A program made the translations under genes and the position numbers. A stretch of DNA of 64,000 nucleotides from the NCBI RefSeq assembly GCF_009914755.1, contig NC_060937.1; one strand, 5' to 3'. The notes below the pieces were generated by a model. That model ran no database searches. It was not told the DNA's origin and worked only from the letters and a program-made list of their open reading frames with translations. The stretch comes from the human T2T-CHM13v2.0 reference genome, Homo sapiens. The stretch's first letter is position 1. Every line of letters starts with the position of its first letter. Of the stretch, positions 1 to 17,725 are shown piece after piece.

Positions 1-135
1 GATATGTCATCTGATCCTCTCTCCTCCCACCTTCCACCCTCAAGTAGGCCTTGGTGTCTGTAGTTCCCCTCTTTCTGAACATGTGTTCTCATTATAAGTG
101 AGAACATGCAGTATTTGGTTTTCTGTTCCTGTTTA

Positions 136-216
136 ATAGGTTAGTGCAAAAGTAATTGCGGTTTTTGCCATTTACCTCTTTATGGCAAAAACCACAATTA
201 CTTTGCAACAACCTAA
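136..216. mobile_element. MADE1 (Hsmar1-derived ~80-bp MITE)
   Basis: Near-palindrome (a)taggttagtgcaaaagtaattgcggtttttgcca...tggcaaaaaccacaattactttgcaacaacctaa flanked by TA at 134-135 and 217-218; matches the known MADE1 consensus. Confidence 0.93.
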
Positions 217-401
217 TAGTTTGCTTAAGATAATAGTCTTCAGCTCCATCCATGTTACTGCAAAGGACATGATTTCATTGCTTTTTATGGCTGCATAGTA
301 TTCCATTGTGTATGTGTACCACATTTTCTTTATCCACTTTATCATTGATGGGCATTTACATTGATTCCATGTCTTTGCTATTGTAAACAGTGCTGCAGTA
401 A

Positions 402-743
<342 letters not shown>

Positions 744-944
744 GTGATTTATATTCTTTTAGGTATATACCCGACAATGGGATCGCTGGGTTGAATAGTC
801 ATTCTGTTTCAAGTTATTTGAGGAATCACCACACTACTTTCCACAATGGCTGAGCTAATTCACAGCCCCATCAACAGTGTATAAGTGTTCCCTTTTCTCC
901 ACAGCCTTGCCAGCATGTTGTTTATTGCCTTTCTAACAGCCAAT

Positions 945-2095
945 GAATGGTCTTTTCAACAAATGGATACACAGTTGCTGTGACAACTGGATACACACAG
1001 GCAAATTAATGAATTTGGACCCCTATCTTACCTAAAGATTCAAAGACAGATTTAAGAGCTAGAACTATAAATGTCATAAAAGATATAGGCATAAATTTTT
1101 TGACATTGAATTAAGCAATGATTTCCTAGAAGTAATATCAAAAACATGAAACAACCAAAGAAAAAATAGGTAACTTACACTTCTTCAAAGCTTAAAATTT
1201 GTATATGCCAAAAGCTACTGTAAAGAAAGTATTTTTAAAAAGAGCCCACAATATGAGAAAATATTTGCAAATTATGTATCTGATAAGAAACTAGCGTTCA
1301 CCATATATAATGAGCACTTATAATCCAGCATTACAAAGATAAATAACCCAATTTTAAAATGGGCAAAATATTTGAATAGATATTTCTCCAAAGATAGCCA
1401 GTAAGCACATGAACAGATGTTCAACATTAGAAAAGTACAAATCAAAGCCACGATAAGACACCACTTCACATTTTCTAAATTGGCAATATTTTTGAATAGA
1501 AAACAAGTGTTGGCAAGGATATTGAGAAATTGGAACTTTCATACATTTCTGGTGGGATAGAAAATTGTGTAGTCACCTTGTAAAATGGCTTGCCAGTTTC
1601 TCAAAAAGTTAAATATAGAGTTACTATATGACCCGGAAATTCTACTCTTAGGAACACCCAAGATAATTAAAGCCATATGTTTACACAAAAACTTGAACAT
1701 GAATGTTTGCAAAAACATTACTCATAATAGGCAAAAAGTAGAAAAACTCAAATGTCCATCAACTGATAAATGAACAAATATGGTGTATCCATATAATGGA
1801 ATATTATTCAACTGTAAGAAGAAATTAAGTACTGATTCATAAAACAATACAGAAACAAAATGGAATGTTTGAATAGGAAAATACATAGAAACAAAAAGTA
1901 GTCGCCACGAGCTGGGAAAAGGAGGAAATTGGGAGTGACTGCAAAGAGTATGGGTTTCTTTTTGTGGTGAAAATATTCTGAAATTATATAGTCATGATGA
2001 TTGCACAACCTTTAGAATTTTCTAAAAACCAATTAATGTGTTCTTTAAACAGGTGAATTTTATAGTATGTGAATTATATTTCAAAAATAATTAAA
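945..2095 (+). mobile_element. Old L1M (L1MB-like) ORF2 end and 3'UTR
   Basis: Decayed ORF2 C-terminal motifs (QFLKKLNIELLYDPEILLLG, KCPSTDK) and typical terminus gtgaattttatagtatgtgaattatatttcaa. Confidence 0.8.
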
Positions 2096-3153
2096 ATATT
2101 TTTAAATGACCTACAGCTACCTATAACATAATGCTTATAAAAGTAATTTGAGTTATAAAAAATTAAGTCATAGAAGGCTGTAAATGTTTCCTTTTTTGTA
2201 AAAATTAAACAGAAAATCTAAAAGCCAAATAAATACAAATAAAATTCAGCAATCTATTTACTCATGGGGGTAGCATAAAGGTATATGCAAAGCTAATGGT
2301 AATGTTTTTATTATTAAATATGGTGGATGCATGCATGTTAATTTTATAAGAATGCTTCTTACCAAACATACATGCTCTTATATGCTTCAAATATTATATA
2401 ATAAGAATATTTAAGTGATTTGCTTTTCAATTTTATGTGGCTGGGGAATAATAGTGCCCCTAATTAACACAGTGGGCTTAAAAGCAGATGACATGTCATG
2501 TTATGATATGGGTCAGCCTTTCTTTAGTCAATCTGCCCCACCATTCTTCCTCTAATGATTACTCCTCCTGAGTCACTCAACTGTTGTTGATCAGCCAACT
2601 GAATCAGGAGTTGGGCTTTTTATAGATCTGGAGCATCAAAGTGAGTCATCTACTCACTGCTGGCACAGTTCATTTCCAAATCATCTTCCACCTCCTCAGC
2701 TAAAATTAATCTGCCTATTATTTTATCTAAGCCAACGTCATTATTCTGCTATAGTTAAAATTTAAATCATAGTATCCTGTGATTAATTCAACTTAAATCA
2801 TGATATCCTGCGATTCCCAATTTGTTGAACAGAAGCATTTCCGTGCTTTATGAGAAAGTGATTTACCAGACTAGAACAACAATACTGCTCATCTTTAATA
2901 GTCAAACTGAACTTTCTTTTTAGAAAGTAAGCCCATGACAGTCATCTTGAAAGACATGTTTGCTTTTAATTCTAGAAACTTCCCTTTATGTCTTTATTAT
3001 AAGGGTAATGCTACACTAATAGAAGAGGCTGTAGCAACCCTTCTATGTTTGTAAGGAGAGCTAAGGAAGGTTAAAGAAAGGAGGTGAGAAGTGAAAGTTC
3101 TGATTTCCAGCCATAGACTCAGAAGGGTAGAATTATACAGAAATATATATATA

Positions 3154-3156
<3 letters not shown>

Positions 3157-3225
<69 letters not shown>
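3157..3225. repeat. Compound (AC)n(AG)n microsatellite
   Basis: Pure AC run to ~3194, then AG run to ~3225. Confidence 0.97.
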
Positions 3226-3228
<3 letters not shown>

Positions 3229-3299
3229 GAGACGTTGGCTGTGTGAGATTGCAGACCTTCTAATAAAGGAATCACTAAACTGGCACAAATTACCAAAAA

Positions 3300-5143
3300 T
3301 AAAATTATTTAATAATGTCTCTGGAAATTGAGCTAAGAAGAGGCAATAAGTTGAGAAGCATTTATAAAAAAAAAAAAAAACTTCAGAATTTCAGTAAGAA
3401 CAGCGGTAGTCTGTGGCACTTGAGCCAGAAACTGCTGTCATCACCACTCCCAACTTTTAGTCAGTGTTGCAGGTTTATTTTAGGCAGGCAAGGCCAAGAA
3501 GAGGGTGGCATTTTTCACCCTACTCCCTCCATTACCTCTCAGCTGTAGGGCAATGGTTTCACTCTGGGAGGGGCAGATAAGGCTCCCTTATAACCTCCTT
3601 CAAGATCTATGTTCCATATGATCTACTCCAGAAGGGTTCAGCTAAGATAGCTCTCTGCCCAGCTCTCACTCATAGGGTGAAGGCTTTTTCCTGGTCAGAC
3701 ACTGCAAGCCATGAACTGTAGGCCAAAGAGACTTAAGGCTTCTATTGCCATGCTTATAGGGTAGAAGTTCCATACTCTTCCAAAGGAAAATAGGGACTAC
3801 CATACTGCCTAGCTCCAACTTAGGGTAAAGGAGTCAGTCTGGGAGAAGCAGACTGTATCTCATCCCATCCATGCACTTAGCTCCAGCACAATGAGCAGAG
3901 CTTCTGCTCTGGGGAAAGCCAGACTTGAGGACTGCCAGCTCCACAGCACTGCCTGAGGGAGCTGACTTAATTGGAAACAGAGTATAGGAACTCCTGTCTG
4001 GAGGCAACCTTCCTTAAAAAAATAAATAAAATAAAAAATAAAAAATAAATAAAATGAGGTCATAGTGGTAAACAATTTAAACAATTAGGGAAGCAATTGG
4101 ATACTGATAGCAGCAAACAAAACAACAGAACTGCCAGAATTTTAACAAGAACATGAGGAAAAAAGACAGCCTCAAGAGATCCTAATAAGATCATACCCAT
4201 CCCTAGTGGTTTGGAAGGCTGTGTACACACACACTGAAGCAATTGGAGAACTGTTAATCCTGGCTAACAGCAGTGTAGGTTTGAAATCTTCCTGAAATGG
4301 ATAGAAGTCATACTGGTTCAGAAGGCTTAAACACAATCCCTAACCCATCACTCACTGGTTGAAGACTAACTTATACTGACCTAGGAGCAACTTCTAGAAT
4401 TCTAAGCTTAAAAATTTTTTAAAGAACAACAACAAAATGTCCTGAGTACTGACATCGGAGGTTGTATACTTTGCAGGGAATAGACTTTATAGAATTAGTT
4501 AGAGCAATCCACTAAACAAACAAAACTAACCAACAATAACAAGCCCCAGGGTGAAAGTCAGAAATGACTGCACTACATTACATAAAATATCCAATTTTTA
4601 GGAAGAAATTTTGAAACATGCAAAGAAAAAGGAAAGTGTGATCCATATTGAAGAAAAGATAATCAGGCAATAGATAATACTTTTGAAAGATCCTGTATGT
4701 TAGACATTGTAGACAAAGATTTAAAGAAGTTACTATATGTGCAAAGAACTAGAGAAACCATGTGTAAAATAAAGAAAAATAGAATTTAAATACAGAATAT
4801 TAATAAGCATTTAGAAATTATTAAAAAATTGAAATTTTTGGAGTTGAAATCTGTAACTGAAATGAAAAATTCACTGAAATGAAAAAAAAAAACTCCACAG
4901 TAGCTTTGACCTAGAAGAAACAAATCAGAGAAACTCAATAAAAAAGATATTTAATGTGAAGAACGTAAGTTTTAAAAGAATAAAATAAATGCATACAGCC
5001 TCAGAGAACTGAGAGCAGCAGCCTCTGTATAACTGGGAGTAACAGAAGAAGGCAATGTGGCAGAAAAAAACAGTCAAGGAAATAATGCCTGAAACTCTCC
5101 AAATATCTACAGACAAGCAAATGCTGAGGGTACAAAGAAGCAC
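3300..5143 (+). mobile_element. Old L1M 5' region and ORF1 remnant
   Basis: A-rich ORF1-like sequence (gaaatttttggagttgaaatctgtaactgaaatgaaaaattcactg; gaaataatgcctgaaactctccaaat); the 5' boundary is uncertain. Confidence 0.6.
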
Positions 5144-8990
<3,847 letters not shown>

Positions 8991-9110
8991 TGTATATATA
9001 TATATATACACACACACTTTATATATATATACACACACACATATATACATATACACACACACACATACATACACACACACGGTTGGTTATATAAAGTGTA
9101 TATATATATA
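8991..9110. repeat. (TA)n/(CA)n microsatellite occupying the L1 tail position
   Basis: Directly follows the L1 3' terminus. Confidence 0.9.
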
Positions 9111-9430
<320 letters not shown>

Positions 9431-9610
9431 TTAAATATTAGAATCAACCTAAAAGTGTAGATGAATAGTTAAATAAATTATTCATGAAATCAAAAAAGAT
9501 GCTAACATTTGAAACTGATCTAAGAAGCTTTTCCTATAGAAAAATAAAATAAAATAAACATGTACAGTCAAAAAAGAAAATATATTAGGCCATAAAATAA
9601 GGCTCAACAA

Positions 9611-10637
9611 TTTATTTACTTATTTATATTTAATTGTATTTTATTGTAAGTTCTGGGATACATGTGCAGAATGTGCAGGTTTGTTACATAGGTAGACCTG
9701 TGCCATGGTGGTTTGCTGCACCTATCAACCCATCACCTAAGTATTAAGCCCCACATGCATTAGCTATTTATCCTGATATTCTCCCTCCCTGCACCCCACC
9801 TACGGGCCCCTGTGTGTGTTGTTCCCCTCTCTGTGTCCATGTGTTCTCATTGTTCAGTTCCCACTTATGAGTGAAAACATGCGGTGTTTGGTTTTCTGTT
9901 CCTGTGTTAGTTTGCTGAGGATGATGTCTTCCAGCTTCATCCAGATCCCTGCAAAGGACTTGATCTCATTCCTTTTTATGGCTGCATAGTATTCCATGAT
10001 TATATGTACATTTTTCCTTATCCAGTCTATAGTTGATGGGCATTTGGGTTGATTCCATGTCTTTGCTATTGTGAATAGTGCTGTAATAAACATACATATG
10101 CATGTATCTTTATAGTAGAATGATTTATATTCCTTCGGGTATATACCCAGTAATGGGATTGCTGGGTCAAATGGTATTTGTGGTTCTACATCCTTGAGGA
10201 ATTGCCACAAGTCATGCCGAATGGTTGAACTAATTTACATTCCTACCAACAGTGTAAAAGCGTTCCTATTTCTCTACAGCCTCGCCAGCATCTATTGTTT
10301 CTTGATTTTTTAATAGCCACCATTCTGACTGGTGTGAGATGGTATCTCACTGTGGTTTTGATTTGAATTTCTCTAATGATCAATGATGTTGATCTTTTTT
10401 TCATATGTTTGTTGGTTGCATAAATGTCTTCTTTTAAGAAATGTCTGTTCATGTCCTTTGCCTACTTTTTGATGGTTTTTTTTCTTTCTTGTAAATTTGT
10501 TTAAGTTCCTTGTAAATTCTGGATATTAGATCTTTGTCAGATGGGTAGATTGCAAAAATTTTCTCCCATTCTCTCGGTTGCCTGTTCACTCTGATGATAG
10601 TTTCTTCTGCTGTGCAGAAGCTCTTTAATTAGATCCT
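9611..10637 (-). mobile_element. L1PA (about L1PA8-10) 3' ~1 kb
   Basis: ORF 9854..10210 is the ORF2 C-terminus (PFDPAIPLLGIYPKEYKSFYYKDTC); T-rich tail at the left end. Confidence 0.93.
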
Positions 10638-11530
<893 letters not shown>

Positions 11531-11964
11531 TGTCCTGGCAAGATCTGGAATTTTTACTGATAACAATTTAAACAGTAAAGTTGCTGGTAGTCTATAATTT
11601 TAAATAATAAGGTTTCTCGGTAAATGGCCAAAGTAAGAGATTGTTAGGACAGCTTACAGTGGTAGTGTGTTCTTAGGAGACATTGAATCAGTAGTTGTAA
11701 AAGTCTTCTCAAAGTGAGCATCAGGACTTGAGGATTTTACAGAAAAGCCCCAGCCAGACTCAAAAAAAAGTATGCTGACTGATGTGTCCCCTTGTACAAC
11801 TCTTCCAGAAAGATGGAAAGAGAGCATCCCCCTATTCATTGCACAAAACTGCTATAACCTTAATACCATTGCCACCTGGAAATCTCCCTTGTTTCTTATG
11901 AATTAAAAAAAAGCATAGAAGGCATAGGTTTATATCTATCCAGGGTGGGGCGCCCCTCAGCATT

Positions 11965-12075
11965 GGTTATCACTATTTTACTAATAGAAACGGAGGCACA
12001 GAGAAGTAACTTTTTGTAGGTCACATAGCTAACAGTCACAAAGTTAGGATATGAAGCCAAGCATTCTGGTTCTAG
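11965..12075 (-). mobile_element. MIR fragment
   Basis: gaaacggaggcacagagaagtaac...ggtcacatagct matches the reverse MIR core. Confidence 0.7.
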
Positions 12076-12416
12076 AAATTTATGTTCATATTCATTGTTG
12101 AACACTCAACATCTAGCAAGGTTCCTGTTTGGCATAAAGTAGATTCTCAGTAAGTGATAGGTTAAATTGCTGATATGACATTCATATTTGGGTCAGCCAG
12201 TCTACCTTAATCATCAGTAGTGAGATATCTTGAATATATAGATCTATAAAAATTTTAAAAGGCTCTCTTGTTTTCCTAGTATTATATACTAAATTTATAT
12301 TACATATAAAATTACTGACTTTGTACATTTATATTCTAAAAGATTGTCTCTTTTGTTAATGAAATTAAAATTTGTTATTATATAATAATGAAAATTCTTT
12401 AGAAATATAACAATGA

Positions 12417-12733
12417 GGCTGGACATGGTGGCTCATGCCTGTAATTCCAGCACTTGGAAGGCCAAGGTGGGGGGATCACTTGAGGTCAGGAGTTCAGGAC
12501 CAGCCTGGCCAACAGGGTGAAACCCCATCTCTACTAAAAATACAAAAATTAGACAGGCATGGTGGCACGCACCTGTAATCCCAGTTAGTCAGGAGGTGAG
12601 GCATGAGTTCACACTTGAACCCGGGAAGTAGAGGTTGCAGTGAGCCAAGACTGCGCCACTGCACTGCACCCTGGGCAACAGAGTGAGACCCTGTCTCAAA
12701 AAAAAAAAAAAAAAAAGAAAGAAAGAAAAGAAA
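12417..12733 (+). mobile_element. AluS (Sx/Sz-like)
   Basis: Dimeric Alu; TSD agaaatataacaat at 12401-12414 and 12734-12747. Confidence 0.93.
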
Positions 12734-13499
12734 AGAAATATAACAATTTATTAATGTATTTATCATTCATTTTCAATGTAAAAGCATTCACAATATTTGT
12801 TTTCCCTGTGTCATATGTACTGAGAAAAAATTCTGAAAAGAATTTGAAATATTTTGATTTTGTCAAGATTATCTTTAAGCCAAATGTAGTTGCTTAGAAT
12901 TGCCAAAAAGCACTATAAATACAGCCTTAAAACCTATTTTTAAAATGATGTTGATTATCTACTGACCAAATAATCCTTCAAATTAAATGTTTTCCTCATT
13001 CAAAGAAGAGTAGTGTTGGCTACCCTTAATACTATTTTGAGTTCTCTTTTAAGCTACTAATTCCAAGAACACTAGAGAACCTCTAATTCTCTTCTTTGCT
13101 TGCACCTCCAGAAACATTGAGACTACCTAGAGTTGAAACCATTAGGACAGGTCTTCACTATAGATACGACCATAGTGACCAAACCTGGCATTTCACCCCC
13201 ATCTACAGAGTAACACTAGGGTCAGGATCTTGAACCACTTTTACAGTGCCAGCATTGTGCATTTCTGGAATTTCATAGTTCCATAACGTCTTACTCACAT
13301 TTCCCACTTTAGGGCAGCTAGTCTTAAAGGGATGAGACAGGCAAAAGACACAGATATTTACCCTATTAGAGAGGAAATAAAAAGCTAAGAAATACCAAAA
13401 ACATTTCAATTTTACTAGTAATCAAATTGAAAGAATGAGATACCATTTTGCGAATAATTTGCAAAGATTTTAAATAATAACAATGTTTGTAAGGAGGTA

Positions 13500-13748
13500 G
13501 AATGTGGAGTTAGAATGGAGGATCTGGGACCTCATTGCCTTTGTTTGAATTCTGAACACAACATCTATCAGCTATTACTTAAAATCTTTAAGTCTTTAAA
13601 TCTTGTACCTTGGTTTTCTCATCTTTCAAATGGTGCTATTAATAGTGTCTAGCTCCTAAGTTTGTTGTGAAGATTGAACAAATCAGCATTTTTAAGCACA
13701 TTTATAACATTAAGTGACATATTAAGAGCTCAATAAATGTTAGCTATT
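13500..13748 (+). mobile_element. MIR within an old L1M 3' fragment (~13380-14030)
   Basis: ttttctcatctttcaaatgg...ttgttgtgaagattgaa...gctcaataaatgttagctatt MIR core and tail. Confidence 0.7.
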
Positions 13749-14696
13749 GGTATAAGTAGAGATGCCTGTAAGTTGGCACTTGCTTTCTAAAAGGCAACTT
13801 GCTCCACATCTATCAAGAATATAAGAAGTGTTTAAATTTTTTTTATCTAGTAATTCCTCTTCTAGGGAAGCTAACTAAACAAAATAACTAATTCAAAGAT
13901 TTATGTACAATGATGTTTATGAAAACAAGAGTTTTGATAAATTGGAAACAACTTGAATCTCTAACATTTGGAACCAAATTATTAAAATTATGTCATTAAT
14001 AAACGTGTTATTTTAAATGCAACAGTTAAAATAATGAGGATAGAATGGAATGTCTATTACTGGCTAAGATAAAATAATGAGGTAGTTTACCATTATACTT
14101 TAAATAGCTAGAAAACTAAATATATGAAAAAAATATTTTTCAGATATTGGATAATGGGCAGATCGGGATTGTGATTGCCGAGAAGATGGAAATAAATTGG
14201 GTGAACCCTACAGTTGCTCCAGTTTGCTGCCTATGAGCAAGTTCCAGACCACAGTACACTGAAGAGGAGTGTAAAACAACCTAAGAGTTTTGCTGAATTA
14301 AAGAGAAAGAATGTTAGTGTTTCTAGACGGCAAGATGGCTAAGATGTGTGGTCCCGAGTACCAGAAAACAGCAGCTACACATACAAAGCCCTTAAGATCT
14401 GCAGCAGGATCTAGTAAAGTCTTTGGCTTAAGATTGATCTGTCCATGTGTAAGAGAATGCTTCCTAAGCCCAGAGAAATAACCACTGGAAAGGAACAGGC
14501 ATCACAATTTCTGAAGCTCATACAGGACTGAACAATTTTTGGCCCTTAATAAGCCAGAATGGAAAGCCATCAAAATCCATGGGGCATGGGTAGAGTCATC
14601 AAAATATATTGCCTTAGTGGAGAGAATAAATTATTACTAGATTGAAGACATCATTGTACATTTCTTAACAAAGCTTAAAGGCTTCAAAAGGATTTA

Positions 14697-15099
<403 letters not shown>

Positions 15100-15484
15100 A
15101 AAAAGCAGGAAAATAAGATCTATGATTAGGATAAATATCAATTAATAGAAACAGATAAATGAAAAACAGTGGGTAATGAAATTAAAACAGCTATTATAAA
15201 TATGCTTCATATGTTTAAGAATATAGAGTAAAACCATGAGCATAGGACAAATGTAAAATGTAAAAAAGGCTTAAATATAACTTCTAGTGATGAGAAATGC
15301 AATATGTGAAATGAAAAGAAAATATACAAGATAGGATTAGCAGTAGATTAGACAATGTAGAAGAGATGATCAGTGACTTGATGATATGGTAATGAAAACT
15401 ATACAAAATAAAACACCAAGACAAATAAAAGAAAATGAACAGAGATGTAGTGAGCTTGTAGGGCAACATCAAGTGTCTATAAGA

Positions 15485-15650
<166 letters not shown>

Positions 15651-16841
15651 CTGGATTCCCAGAAAAGAAAATTTAAAAGTTTGGGGAGCAGATGTCAGCA
15701 AAAGTATTTGAAGAAATAATGGCAAAAAAATTCAAAATTTGGATTAAAAAAACATAAATACACAAAGGTAAGACTATCAATGAATATCAAGCAGAAGATT
15801 TCTAAAGAAAATCATACAAACACACATCATAATCAAATTGCTGGAAAAAAAAATCACTGATAACAAGAATCTTAAAAGAATCCAGAAAGGAACAAAGATA
15901 AAATATCAGACTATGTATCAGAAATTACACAAACAAGAAAAGAGTAGAGAGATATACTTAAAGTACATTGAGAAATAGAGAAAAGATCAGTGTTGGTGAG
16001 GATGTAGAGATATTAGAACAGTTGAACACTGTTGGGAAGAATACCAACAGTATAGCCACTATACAAAACAGTATAGAGGTATCTCTAGAGATTGAAATAA
16101 TTGAGAAGCATCAAACAGGAATTCTGGAGCTGAAAAATTCAATTGACAAACTGAAGAAAGAATCAGAGTCTCTCAAGAGCAGAGCTGATCAAGCAGAAGA
16201 ATTAGTGAGCTTGAAGACAGAGTACTTGAAAATGCATAGAGTAGTTGAAAAAATAAAAAATAATGAATCATGCCTATAAGACTTAGAAAATAGCTTCAAA
16301 AGGGCAAATCTAAGTTATTGGCCTTAATGAGGAGATAGAGAGGGAGAGATCAGGGTAGAAACTTTACTTAAAAAGATAAGAGAGCTTTCCAAACCTAGGG
16401 AAAGATATCAATATTCAAGTACAAGAAAGTTATAGAACACCAAGAAGATTTAACACAAAGAAGACTACCTCAAGGCATTTAATAATTAAACTCCCAAAGG
16501 TCAGAGATAAAGAAAGAATCCTAAAAGCAACAAGATAAAAGAAGCAAATAACATATAATGGAACACCAGTAAGTCTGACAGAAGACTTTTCAGTGGAAAA
16601 CTTATAGGCCAGGAGAGAATGGCATGACATATTTAAAGTCCTGAAGGAAAAAGCCTTTTACCCTAGGATAGTATATCCAGTGAAAATTTCCTTTGAACAT
16701 GAAGGAGAAATGAAGACTTTCACAGACAAACAAAAGCTGAGGAATTCTGTCAACACCAGACCTATCCTATAAGAAATGCTAAGCAGGGTTCTTCAGTCTG
16801 AAAGAAAGGACATGAATAAGCAATAAGAAATCATTTGATAG

Positions 16842-17255
<414 letters not shown>

Positions 17256-17469
17256 TTAACCTAAAAAATGGGGGAATGAAGTTAAACTGTAGAGTTTTTG
17301 TTGGTTCTCTTTGCCTATTTTTGCAATCAGAGTACAGTTGTCATTAAAGATAATGAGTTGTAAGATGTTATTTTCAAATTTCATGGTAATCTCAAAAAAA
17401 GCCTACAACAAATACACAAAAATATAAAGAAAGAAATTAAAACATACCACAGAAAATCACTTTCACAAA

Positions 17470-17725
17470 GAAGAAAGGAAGGAAGAAAGGAAGAAAGGAA
17501 GGAAGAAAGGAAGAAAGGAAGGAAGAAAGGAAGAAAGGGAGGGCAACAGAGGCAGGGAGGGGAGGGCAATGGAGGCAGGGAGGGGAGGGCAATGGAGGCA
17601 GGGAGGGGAGGGCAACGGAGGCAGGGAGGGGAGGGCAACAGAGGCAGGGAGGGGAGGGCAATGGAGGCAGAGGGGGAAGGCAACGGAGGCAGGGAGGGGA
17701 GGGCAACGGAGGCAGGGAGGGAGGG
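17470..17725. repeat. Purine-rich tandem repeats: ~3 x 20-bp GAA/GGAA unit, then 8 x 23-bp GGGCAAYRGAGGCAGGGAGGGGA minisatellite
   Basis: Units start at 17541, 17564, 17587, 17610, 17633, 17656, 17678 and 17701. Confidence 0.95.
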
